DNA of 64,000 bases, taken from NCBI GenBank assembly GCA_024398125.1, contig JAKSJO010000003.1:43708-107707 (forward strand), given 5' to 3'. The notes under the pieces are model-generated. The model worked only from the letters and a program-made list of their open reading frames with translations, did not search any database and was not told the DNA's origin. The translations under genes and the position numbers were made by a program. Below, piece by piece: positions 9,525 to 18,590 of the stretch (position 1 is the stretch's first letter; every line of letters begins with the position of its first letter). The DNA is from Bacteroidales bacterium. GTDB taxonomy: Bacteria > Bacteroidota > Bacteroidia > Bacteroidales > UBA932.

Positions 9525-10817
9525 GTGTCTGTTGCTCTTCTTTTTCTTGCTTGCGATTGCCGCACCGGCAATAGCGAGGATTGCAACTCCAAGGATGATG
9601 TAGGTAACTGCACCGGCCTTGCTTCCCTTCACATTCTGCCACATGTCAAGGAGCTTCTCGGTATCCTCACCCCAGTCATGCTCGAGGGCACAGCGCTCGA
9701 TTACCGCTCTGTCCGGATAAAGGATAGGGTCCACGCATACGCTGTCAGCAGCCTCACCGAAGAAATATGAAAGGTCTACAGGGTCGAGTGACTCGTCAAT
9801 CTGTGACTCGAGAACCTCCCATGCGCCGTTTGCTGCGATGTATCCTGTCTCCTCCATGTTCCTGATCGCGATGTCAGGACGGCACATGAAGTCGATGAAG
9901 TAGGTAGCAGCCTCGATGTTCTTTGCATACTTAGGGATAACCCAACCGTCGAACCATACGGTAGAGCCTTCCTCAGGAACGACATAGTCGAGGGTCACGC
10001 CTACAGCTGCAGCCTCCTCGATAGCCCATACAGCGTCACCGCTCCAGTTGAGCGACACCCATGCACGGTTCTTGGTCATCTGCTCCTTTCCAAGGTCGGC
10101 CTCGAATCCGCAGACACCTGGCTTTGCCTCCATGAGCATTGCCTCCACGGCAGCAAGAGATTCGTCAGATGAATCCGACATGAGTTCCTGGAGGGTAACC
10201 TTGCCTGACTTGAGTTCATCCTGCTTGAGGTAGATGAGAACAGGTGCATAGACATCTCTAGGTGCATCCTTGAGAAGGATCTTTCCAAAATACTTAGGGT
10301 TTCTGATGACGTTCCAAGTGGATGCATCCTCCTTGCTCACAAACTCAGGATTGTAGATGATACCTGTGGTACCCCACATGTATGCAACTGAATACTTGTT
10401 CGCATCGATCTTTGGATTGATCTGCGAGAACATGTTCCTGATGTATGGTGAAGTGTTGTCTACGATATAGTTATCGGTTCCGGTCTTTGCGAGCGCGTCA
10501 AAGTCGAGAGGAAGTAGAAGACCATTGTTGAGCATTCTCTCGATGATGTAGTCCGATGGGCAGACAACATCATAGTCCTCATGTCCCTTCTCGATCTTAG
10601 AAAGCATTGACTCGTTGACATCGAAGGTCATGTAGATAACCTCGATCTCGTTACCTGTCTGCTCCTTGTACCAAGCCTCGAAGTCATCGATGACACCCTC
10701 TGCGATGTAATCAGACCAGTTATAGACCTTGAGTACGTCCTTTCTATCCTTTGCAGAAAGCGACACGGCTGAAATGAGAGCTGCAGCCACAGCAACAGAC
10801 TTGAAAATTTTGTTCAT
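9507..10817 (-). CDS. potD: Spermidine/putrescine ABC transporter substrate-binding protein with C-terminal membrane anchor
   Basis: VYNWSDY, CPSDY, YMWGTTG, WSGDA, PEEGSTVWFD; hydrophobic helix plus basic tail at the C-terminus. Confidence 0.93.
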   Translation of the reverse strand: MNKIFKSVAVAAALISAVSLSAKDRKDVLKVYNWSDYIAEGVIDDFEAWYKEQTGNEIEVIYMTFDVNESMLSKIEKGHEDYDVVCPSDYIIERMLNNGLLLPLDFDALAKTGTDNYIVDNTSPYIRNMFSQINPKIDANKYSVAYMWGTTGIIYNPEFVSKEDASTWNVIRNPKYFGKILLKDAPRDVYAPVLIYLKQDELKSGKVTLQELMSDSSDESLAAVEAMLMEAKPGVCGFEADLGKEQMTKNRAWVSLNWSGDAVWAIEEAAAVGVTLDYVVPEEGSTVWFDGWVIPKYAKNIEAATYFIDFMCRPDIAIRNMEETGYIAANGAWEVLESQIDESLDPVDLSYFFGEAADSVCVDPILYPDRAVIERCALEHDWGEDTEKLLDMWQNVKGSKAGAVTYIILGVAILAIAGAAIASKKKKSNRHSKKRR

Positions 10818-10825
10818 TTCCAGGA

Positions 10826-11623
10826 TTAAAGATTTTTATTTTTGTTTGAAGAACGAATATTCATGATGATGAGGACAAGCAGGATCACGAGGAAGATGAT
10901 TGTCATCAAAGGTTTGAGTTCAGGAGTAAGACCACCCTTTCGCGCATCAGCGTAGATGAAGGTCGAGAGGGTCTCGAGTCCGCCTGAGCCACGTGTGAAG
11001 AATGTCACGGCGAAATCGTCAAGACTCATCACGAACGAGAGGACGAAGCCTGAGAGCATTCCCGGCAGAAGCTGAGGAACAAGAACCTTACTGAGGGCCT
11101 GGCCCGGTGTCGCACCGAGGTCAAGAGCCGCCTCGTAGATGTTCGGATTCATCTGGGTGAGCTTAGGCATCACGTTCAGCACGACGTAAGGTGTACAGAA
11201 GGTAACGTGAGCCAGTATCACAGTCATAAGACCCTGGCTGATGTGAAGGAACACAAACAAAAGGAACAGAGACACACCGGTGATGATGTCCGGATTCAGC
11301 ATAGGTATGTTGTTCAGGAACTGGAGGGCCGCCTTTTTCTTGCCCTTCATGTAATAGATGCCGATTGCCGCCAGAGTTCCGAGGAAAGTTGCGATTACAG
11401 AAGCGACAAGCGCAATCAGAAGAGTTGTCAGCAGCGCGGACAGGATGCTCTGCGATTCGGCGCTCGTCCCTGTGAACAACGACTTATAAAGGTCAAAGGT
11501 GAAGCCGGTCCAGTTACCAAGAGACTTTGCCTTGGTAAATGAGAACACCGCTATGAACAGGATAGGCGCATAGAGCAGGAAGAGTACAAAGGCCAGATAT
11601 GCACGTGCAAACAGTTTTTTCAT
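10826..11623 (-). CDS. potC: Polyamine ABC permease
   Basis: EAALDLGA EAA motif, SLDDF, LYAPI..FSF. Confidence 0.92.
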   Translation of the reverse strand: MKKLFARAYLAFVLFLLYAPILFIAVFSFTKAKSLGNWTGFTFDLYKSLFTGTSAESQSILSALLTTLLIALVASVIATFLGTLAAIGIYYMKGKKKAALQFLNNIPMLNPDIITGVSLFLLFVFLHISQGLMTVILAHVTFCTPYVVLNVMPKLTQMNPNIYEAALDLGATPGQALSKVLVPQLLPGMLSGFVLSFVMSLDDFAVTFFTRGSGGLETLSTFIYADARKGGLTPELKPLMTIIFLVILLVLIIMNIRSSNKNKNL

Positions 11624-12390
11624 AATACCAGTCCTCCTGCATCTTCTTCATCCTTGTCGTTGCCGACAAACATGGTTATACCGATTATTACAAGCATGAC
11701 GAACGAGAGCGCAGCTCCCTGGTTCCACATCAGGTTGTTGAACTGCTCGTTGATCACAGAACCGAAGAGCATGATGCGGTTGTTCGTAAGGATCTCTGAC
11801 ACTGCGAAGGTGGACACAGTCGGCATGAATACCATCATGGAGCCACTGAGGACGCCCGGCAGAGAGAGGGGCAGCGTTACCTTGCGGAAAGCGGTCATAG
11901 GAGAAGCACCAAGGTCCTGGGCGGCCTCTACATAAGACTTGTCCATCTTTTCAAGAACGTTGTAGATCGGGAAGATCATGAACGGCAGATAGTCATATAC
12001 CATACCGAAAATGAGGGTTCCCTTTCCCAGAGGGATGCCTGCCATGTTGAATATCTCGGCGGTAGCCATTGTCCTCATGAGGGCGTTGATGGCCATAGGC
12101 GCGATGAAAAGCATGGCAGTAGTCGCCGACTTGTTGTACTTCCTGTCTGCAAGAATATATGCGACCGGATATCCTATGAGAATGCAGATCAATGTATTCT
12201 CCAGAGCGACTTCCAGAGACACCAGGAATGATCCGATGATCTTTGGGTCTGTGAAGAAGGTGGTCAGGTTCGAGAGGGTCACGTTTCCATGACCGTCAGA
12301 GAACGCGTAGACTGCTACAAGGACCAGTGGCAGTACTACGAACAGCAACAGGAATATCAGATATGGGATAGCCCAGCTGGATCTTTTCAT
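11620..12390 (-). CDS. potB: Polyamine ABC permease
   Basis: YDYLPFMIFPIY, EAAQDLGA, LPLSLPG. Confidence 0.92.
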   Translation of the reverse strand: MKRSSWAIPYLIFLLLFVVLPLVLVAVYAFSDGHGNVTLSNLTTFFTDPKIIGSFLVSLEVALENTLICILIGYPVAYILADRKYNKSATTAMLFIAPMAINALMRTMATAEIFNMAGIPLGKGTLIFGMVYDYLPFMIFPIYNVLEKMDKSYVEAAQDLGASPMTAFRKVTLPLSLPGVLSGSMMVFMPTVSTFAVSEILTNNRIMLFGSVINEQFNNLMWNQGAALSFVMLVIIGITMFVGNDKDEEDAGGLVL

Positions 12391-13772
12391 TAGGCCTTGG
12401 TGATTTTCATATCCTCAGGAAGGATCTTGATACCGACAATATCATTCTTATCCCATACGTCGTGGGTGTCAGCAAGCACATGGTAGCCGTCAGGGGTCAC
12501 AATGGTGAGATGATATCTGTCTCCCTTGTAAAGGATGAAACTTACATTTCCAAACTGAGGAGCATCATCCTTGTTGTCAAGAAGGTCCACCTTGTCGAAT
12601 GCGACCTCGACCTTGACCTCGTCGCCCTTGCCCAGGCCTGGGGCCTCAGGACAGTCATATTCGCAGCCAAGAATCTCAACTGTATTCGAAGATGTCATGA
12701 CGCCGTCGAAGACATTTGCCGTGCAGGCCTTCTTCATGACCTGGATGTCGACCGGCTTGACGAACATGCCGACTGTACTTCCGACCTCAAAGGCATTGTA
12801 ATCCTGGATCATGAGCTCGAAACCGTTGTCGGTCTCGACAATCATCTCGTAGTGGACTCCCTTGAAGATGCATGACTTGACCTCGCCGCTGAACTGAGCA
12901 CCCTTGAGCTGGTTCATGATATAGATATCCTCAGGACGCACGACCACATCGACTGGAACATTCTCTCCGAAACCCTCGTCGACGCACTCGAACTCATGAC
13001 CGATGAAGGATACCTTCCTGTCCTCGATCATCGTGCCGTTGAGGATGTTGCTTTCTCCGATGAAGTCGGCTACAAACTCGTTCTGAGGCTCATTGTAGAT
13101 ATCTGTAGGAGTGCCGATCTGCTGGATGCGGCCTTCATTGAGTACCACGATGGTATCGCTGAGGGTAAGCGCTTCTTCCTGGTCATGTGTGACATAGATG
13201 AAGGTGATGCCGAGTTTCTTGTGCATCTCCTTGAGCTCGATCTGCATGTCCTTGCGCATCTTGAGATCAAGCGCAGCGAGAGGCTCGTCGAGAAGGAGTA
13301 CCTTAGGTCTGTTGACGATAGCACGCGCAATGGCGATACGCTGCTGCTGACCACCCGAGAGGGAGTTGACATCCCTGTCCTCATAATCATTCATGGACAC
13401 GAGCTTGAGCACCTTCATCACTCTTGCCTCGATCTCGTCCTCAGGAACCTTGTTGAGCTTGAGGCCGAACGCGATGTTGTCATAAACATCAAGATGAGGG
13501 AAGAGAGCGTAACGCTGGAACACAGTATTCAGCGGACGCATGTATGGAGGAATGCCGTCAATGTCCTTTCCTTCCATGGTTATGGTTCCGGAATCAGCGC
13601 CGAGGAAGCCGGCGATAAGTCGCAGGAGCGTGGTCTTGCCACAGCCGGAAGGTCCGAGGAAGGTAATGAATTCTCCTTTCTTTACGTAAAGGTTTATATC
13701 ATCGAGCACTTTCTTGTCACCGAATGACTTGGAAACGTGCTCGATGTTGATGATGATATCATCTCTATTCAT
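12390..13772 (-). CDS. potA: Polyamine ABC ATPase with duplicated C-terminal OB/TOBE region
   Basis: [41 protein letters not shown]; two related C-terminal repeats. Confidence 0.95.
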   Translation of the reverse strand: MNRDDIIINIEHVSKSFGDKKVLDDINLYVKKGEFITFLGPSGCGKTTLLRLIAGFLGADSGTITMEGKDIDGIPPYMRPLNTVFQRYALFPHLDVYDNIAFGLKLNKVPEDEIEARVMKVLKLVSMNDYEDRDVNSLSGGQQQRIAIARAIVNRPKVLLLDEPLAALDLKMRKDMQIELKEMHKKLGITFIYVTHDQEEALTLSDTIVVLNEGRIQQIGTPTDIYNEPQNEFVADFIGESNILNGTMIEDRKVSFIGHEFECVDEGFGENVPVDVVVRPEDIYIMNQLKGAQFSGEVKSCIFKGVHYEMIVETDNGFELMIQDYNAFEVGSTVGMFVKPVDIQVMKKACTANVFDGVMTSSNTVEILGCEYDCPEAPGLGKGDEVKVEVAFDKVDLLDNKDDAPQFGNVSFILYKGDRYHLTIVTPDGYHVLADTHDVWDKNDIVGIKILPEDMKITKA

Positions 13773-13775
13773 CTT

Positions 13776-14840
13776 TTATCTGCGGAAAAGTGGTTTCAGA
13801 TCGAGGAAATAAGTAGCACCGATGCCTGCAAAGTAGCCATCGGTCATGCCACCGCCCATGCCGGCGAATCCGTGTACACGGAGGTTGCGGCTGTCACGGA
13901 GAGGATACCAGTTCAATACGGTACCGAGAGCAAGGTTGTCGGTGTCGAATGTAGGATGCTCGAAATCGACAAGACCGTCGATCTGCTTATTGTCTTCCAT
14001 TATGAATTTGACCGTAGCGGTAAACCTTCCTCCATTATCGAATGTGATTGATGGAACGACACCCCAGTTGAACATGTGTGCACGGCTTCCTGTGTAGCAG
14101 GTGGCAGGTGTGAACATTGCGTACGCATCAAGTGTCGCAGTCCAGCTGTCATTGAGGTAGAACTGGTTGCCCGCAGTGTAAAGTTTCTGGATTCCGTCGC
14201 CGAAATCAAGCATGTTTGCGGACCAGATTCCCTTGTAGAAGCCGTATTCTCCAGTGTATCTTGCAGAATAGGCGTAGAGTCCGCTCTGGAACGGTCTTTC
14301 ACCGTAAGGAGAAGCGGCTATGTTAGCCTCGATGTAGCTGCCCTCATCCGGAGAGGTCCAACCCATCGATACGCCCCACTGATAAGCCTGGAGAGAGTTC
14401 CATAACAGGGAACTGAGCGGTGAATACGAGTTGAAGTCATACTCGTCTTCCTCGAAGGTACCGATTGCGATCATATTCTTGCCGATCGTGAAATCGAATG
14501 CTCCCGGAGCCCAGTTGATATACGCCCAGTCAACCCAGTTCAGGTCATCTGAACGGAGCGTGTTGCTGTAGAGCGACATTGGATCGCTTGAGAGCCAGTG
14601 ATTGGCAATAGAATAAGAGAAATCGCTTTCGCCGAAACTTCCTTCAATAAGAGTGTAGAAGGAAGAATCACCCAAATCAATGCCATTTCCTTCGTCGCCG
14701 CCATCTGTTGCAGGTAAGAAATACCCGTTGACGTCAACGCGTGGAATGACTAAAAACTGTCCGTTATCGGACTCAGCCTCTTGCGAGTACGCAAGGAAGC
14801 TCTGCAGCAAAGCTGCAAACAAAACTGCAAATTTCTTCAT
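13776..14840 (-). CDS. Outer-membrane beta-barrel, Bacteroidales porin (OprO/P-like) family
   Basis: Signal peptide, alternating aromatic strands, GK..IGTFE.D motif shared with the 22096 paralogue, terminal aromatic strand GATYF. Confidence 0.7.
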   Translation of the reverse strand: MKKFAVLFAALLQSFLAYSQEAESDNGQFLVIPRVDVNGYFLPATDGGDEGNGIDLGDSSFYTLIEGSFGESDFSYSIANHWLSSDPMSLYSNTLRSDDLNWVDWAYINWAPGAFDFTIGKNMIAIGTFEEDEYDFNSYSPLSSLLWNSLQAYQWGVSMGWTSPDEGSYIEANIAASPYGERPFQSGLYAYSARYTGEYGFYKGIWSANMLDFGDGIQKLYTAGNQFYLNDSWTATLDAYAMFTPATCYTGSRAHMFNWGVVPSITFDNGGRFTATVKFIMEDNKQIDGLVDFEHPTFDTDNLALGTVLNWYPLRDSRNLRVHGFAGMGGGMTDGYFAGIGATYFLDLKPLFRR

Positions 14841-14930
14841 TTCGTACCATAAAATTTGGTTTGGTGAATAATGGCGCGAAATTACAACAAAAAACGGGAT
14901 TTAAACCCCCTTTGCAGAAATGTTTTGAAA

Positions 14931-15569
14931 TTATTTTACAATCAGGTCGTCCGCGCAGATTTTCGGCACGTAATGAACTCCATCAACTCTATAATAGTCA
15001 AGGGATTGTCCCTCATTAACAGAAACAAGTTCGATCTTTTCGGCGCCCTTGCCCACAACAAGAACGGCAAGCGGTTCATACGACAGTTCCAGAGCCTCCT
15101 TGAGGTCCTGTTTGTTGAAGTTGCAAACCATCAGGCAGTTGAGTCCCATTTCCACTGCCTTGAGCGACATGCTCTGCATCGAAATTCCCAGATCGATATC
15201 AACGAATCGCCCTTCAGGCACGGTGGAGCATATAATGATGAATGCATCCGGCTCGGTCCCGGGGAACGGAAGGTTCAATTCCTTCAGCGCCGCTCCCATC
15301 TTTATCATAGAAATGACCTTCTCCGATTCAGGACCGCGGACAACAGGATAGAAACGGAGAACTTGACGGTTCATGGCACTCGCGATCTTGGTATTCACCT
15401 CGATCATACGTCTGAGCTGCAGCATCTTGACCTCATAGGAGCGGTCATAGCCACGGTAGCTGCGGTTATTCTTCAAAAGAATGTCCAGTCCGGGACGGGA
15501 AGGCTTTGCGGCCTTCGCTCCCCTGCCGAACACTTCGTCATATCTCTTTTCAAGGAAATTGTCTGCCAT
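14931..15569 (-). CDS. Nitroreductase family protein
   Basis: RSYRGYD, ASAMNRQ, DLGISMQSM.L.AVEMGLN motifs. Confidence 0.85.
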   Translation of the reverse strand: MADNFLEKRYDEVFGRGAKAAKPSRPGLDILLKNNRSYRGYDRSYEVKMLQLRRMIEVNTKIASAMNRQVLRFYPVVRGPESEKVISMIKMGAALKELNLPFPGTEPDAFIIICSTVPEGRFVDIDLGISMQSMSLKAVEMGLNCLMVCNFNKQDLKEALELSYEPLAVLVVGKGAEKIELVSVNEGQSLDYYRVDGVHYVPKICADDLIVK

Positions 15570-15589
15570 TTTTCAATATGTTTTCAACG

Positions 15590-15617
15590 CAAACATAATG
15601 AAAAACCTTTACTTTTG
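15590..15617. promoter_or_regulatory. Back-to-back divergent Bacteroidetes -7 boxes (nitroreductase / YpfJ-like)
   Basis: TATGTTTG on minus (15590-15597) and TACTTTTG on plus (15610-15617). Confidence 0.65.
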
Positions 15618-15644
15618 CAGAATAGAACAAAACCATCCTTTAAT

Positions 15645-16511
15645 ATGAATCTTGACGGAAGAAGACAGAGCTCGAACGTAGATGACCGCCGCGGCTCTTC
15701 AATGGGAAAAGTAGGCGGCCTCGGCCTTGGAGGCATCATCATCATCGGCCTCATCACCCTGCTCATGGGCGGAGACCCAGGAGATGTGATCCGCAATGTA
15801 CAGCAGTACGGCGGTGGAATCACCACCACCCAGACCGGAGACTACACCCCAAGCGCAGAGGAGCAGGAACTTGCAGTATTTGCCAGCCAGATCCTCGCAG
15901 GAACTGAAGACGTCTGGACCAAGATATTCAGACAGAGCGGCCTCGAATATGTACCGCCGAAGCTCGTCCTCTTCAGCAATGCAGTACAGTCAGGATGCGG
16001 CGGCGCGACATCGTCCTCCGGCCCATTCTATTGCAGCGCCGACCAGACGGTTTACATCGACCTGTCGTTCTTCAGCAGCATGAAGCAGCAGATCGGAGCC
16101 GACGGAGACTTTGCCTATGCGTACGTCATCGCACACGAGGTAGGCCATCATGTACAGTATCTCCTTGGCACGCTCCAGCAGGCTCATAGCCAGATGAGCC
16201 GCGTATCCCAGGCGCAGAGCAACCAGATCAGCGTTCGCCTCGAGCTTCAGGCCGACTTCTACGCAGGCGTCTGGGCATATCACGACAACAAGATGTTCAA
16301 CTCGCTCGAGCGAGGCGACGTCGAGGAAGGTCTTGCAGTTGCAGCCAAGATCGGTGACGACTACCTCCAGAAAAAAGCACGCGGATACACCGTTCCTGAG
16401 TCCTTCAACCACGGAACTTCAGCACAGCGTTCGAAGTGGCTCCGTAAGGGAATCCAGTGCGGAGACCCGGATCAGGGTGACACCTTCAGTCCATCATACA
16501 ACCAGCTCTAG
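15645..16511 (+). CDS. YpfJ-like neutral zinc metallopeptidase
   Basis: MNLDGRRQSSNVDDRR start, GPFYCSAD, AHEVGHH (HExxH), LELQADFYAG, FNHGTS.QR. The track's upstream extension is the antisense shadow of the nitroreductase. Confidence 0.92.
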   Translation: MNLDGRRQSSNVDDRRGSSMGKVGGLGLGGIIIIGLITLLMGGDPGDVIRNVQQYGGGITTTQTGDYTPSAEEQELAVFASQILAGTEDVWTKIFRQSGLEYVPPKLVLFSNAVQSGCGGATSSSGPFYCSADQTVYIDLSFFSSMKQQIGADGDFAYAYVIAHEVGHHVQYLLGTLQQAHSQMSRVSQAQSNQISVRLELQADFYAGVWAYHDNKMFNSLERGDVEEGLAVAAKIGDDYLQKKARGYTVPESFNHGTSAQRSKWLRKGIQCGDPDQGDTFSPSYNQL

Positions 16512-16513
16512 AT

Positions 16514-17716
16514 ATGAAATACGACTTCGATACCCTGGTAGACCGCAGGAACAGTTCTTCGGTCAAATGGGATGAATGCAAGGTTGACGGCCTCATACCG
16601 ATGTGGGTTGCCGACATGGACTTCAAGGCCGCTCCATTCATCATTGAAAAGCTCCAGAAGCGCATCGACCACGGAGTTTTCGGCTACGTACACATCCCTG
16701 AGGAGTATTATGAAAGCGTGATCTCATGGTTCGGAAAGCGCAGGAACTGGAAGATAGAAAGAGACTGGATCCAGCCTATCGCCGGTCTCGTCCCTGCCCT
16801 GTCTGTAGCCGTCAAGGCATTCTGCCAGCCTGGTGACGCAGTCGTGTTCATGAACCCTGCGTACAACTGTTTCTTCTCAAGCGTACGCAACAACGGCTGC
16901 GTGGCTCTTGCCTCGGACCTCATCTATACCGAGAACGAGGACGGAACACTTGACTTCAGAATGGACTTCGAGGACATTGAGAAGAAATGCGCTGAACCTC
17001 GCGCAAAGCTTTTCATACTCTGCAATCCTCACAACCCTACCGGACGCATCTGGAGCCGCGAGGAGCTGATGAGACTCGGTGAGATCTGCCGCAGGCACAA
17101 TGTTATCGTTGTCAGCGACGAGATCCACTGCGAACTCGAGATGCCTGGGAACACCTACATCCCATTTGCATCGACCTGTCCGGAGAACCAGGACAACTGT
17201 GTCAGCTTCAACTCCCCTTCAAAGTCATTCAATCTGGCAGGACTGATGATTTCCAACATCGTGACATCTCGTCCGGAGTGGAGGGCGCGCATCGACCGTG
17301 TCATCAACGACTGGGAACACTGCGATGTCAACCCATTCGGCGCAGACGCTCTTGTTGCCGCATACACAGAGGAAGGTGAAAAATGGCTCACCGAGCTCAA
17401 CATCGTTCTCTGGAGCAACTTCGAGTATCTTCGCGACGAGCTGAAGAAGGCTCTTCCCGAGCTTCATATCTGTAATCTGGAAGGAACATATCTCCCATGG
17501 CTCAACGTTGCCCCATTCGTCGAGAAAGGCATTTCAGCAAAAGCGATCAGCGATTCTCTCATCCAGAACGAGAAGGTCTGGATCAACGGCGGCGAAATGT
17601 ACGGTGACGGAAAATTCATGCGTATAAACATCGCGTGCCCTCGCGAGAGACTCGTCGAAGGCACACGTCGTATTGTTGCAGGACTCCTGCGTATTAAAGC
17701 CGAGTACGGTATCTAG
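16514..17716 (+). CDS. PatB/MalY family PLP-dependent C-S lyase
   Basis: PMWVADMDF, LCNPHNPTG, SDEIH, SPSKSFN (PLP Lys), RINIACP. Confidence 0.93.
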   Translation: MKYDFDTLVDRRNSSSVKWDECKVDGLIPMWVADMDFKAAPFIIEKLQKRIDHGVFGYVHIPEEYYESVISWFGKRRNWKIERDWIQPIAGLVPALSVAVKAFCQPGDAVVFMNPAYNCFFSSVRNNGCVALASDLIYTENEDGTLDFRMDFEDIEKKCAEPRAKLFILCNPHNPTGRIWSREELMRLGEICRRHNVIVVSDEIHCELEMPGNTYIPFASTCPENQDNCVSFNSPSKSFNLAGLMISNIVTSRPEWRARIDRVINDWEHCDVNPFGADALVAAYTEEGEKWLTELNIVLWSNFEYLRDELKKALPELHICNLEGTYLPWLNVAPFVEKGISAKAISDSLIQNEKVWINGGEMYGDGKFMRINIACPRERLVEGTRRIVAGLLRIKAEYGI

Positions 17717-18555
17717 CCCTGGGTTATCTTGCAATCGCCCGGAGCCTTGATGTTTCCGTCGATGATGATTTCGCCTATCGAAGCAGCATGGATGCTGCCG
17801 GTACGCGGGTTCTTCACCGACGGAACGTTGTTTAATATGGTAGCCTGAACGTCGCTGTACTCGAATGCAAGGTCTGCATCCGGCTCGAATGTACAGTTTT
17901 CAAGCACAAGACCGTCAGCATAGCAGAGCGGCTGGGTTCCGCCGATACGGCAGTTAACCAGACGCACGTTCTTCGAATGCCATGCAAGGTACTCTCCGTT
18001 GATGAATGAATTGTATACGGTGACATTTTCCGTTTCCCAGAGAGCATCCTTCGACTGGAGGTCCGAATCCCAGATCTCCACGTTCTTCGCATACTGGAAC
18101 GAATAGTTTCCGTTGATCTTTACATTGCGTACCTTCACGTTCTGGCAATACATGAAGACATAGTCGCACTTGTCGATCCCCACGTCTTCAATATCGATGT
18201 TACGGCAGCTCCAGAATGTCTCCTGGGCGCTGGTCATCTTTACATTGCGGAGCTTGATGTCCTCGGCAGAGCGGAACATCTTCGGAGCCTCGACAATGGA
18301 ATCCGCCATGTCGCAGCCACGGGTGTACCAGAGTGAAGAACGGGCACTCTCGCGGAACAGGCAGTTGCGGACCTTGAAGCCGTCGCAGCACCAGAAGACA
18401 TACTTTCCTTCGAAGGTACAGCGCTCAGCCTCGATGTTAGAGCACTCCTTGATGGAGCTTTCGCCAAGGTGGATGGTTACATCCTCGATCCTGAGGTCAT
18501 GGCTGGCGTACAGAGGTCTCTCGCCGCCGAATTCCTGATTCTTGATTATATTCAT
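17713..18555 (-). CDS. DUF3737 family beta-helix protein
   Basis: GERPLY, KYVFW, NGEYLAW, GTQPLCY, DLAFEYS motifs. Confidence 0.88.
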   Translation of the reverse strand: MNIIKNQEFGGERPLYASHDLRIEDVTIHLGESSIKECSNIEAERCTFEGKYVFWCCDGFKVRNCLFRESARSSLWYTRGCDMADSIVEAPKMFRSAEDIKLRNVKMTSAQETFWSCRNIDIEDVGIDKCDYVFMYCQNVKVRNVKINGNYSFQYAKNVEIWDSDLQSKDALWETENVTVYNSFINGEYLAWHSKNVRLVNCRIGGTQPLCYADGLVLENCTFEPDADLAFEYSDVQATILNNVPSVKNPRTGSIHAASIGEIIIDGNIKAPGDCKITQG

Positions 18556-18590
18556 TTATATATCGATACTATTATTTTTCAAAACAGATT

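Noticed and set aside
9507-9620. C-terminal membrane anchor on PotD as a novelty
   Set aside because: From memory, this is shared with Bacteroides PotD.
12390-13060. Duplicated C-terminal domain of PotA as a novelty
   Set aside because: From memory, long PotA proteins with two TOBE-type regions are normal in Bacteroidales.
14871-15644. 546-aa ORF appearing to give the YpfJ peptidase a 258-aa N-terminal extension
   Set aside because: The extension is the antisense shadow of the nitroreductase. A -7 box at 15610 and the family-typical MNLDGRRQSSNV start place the real start at 15645.
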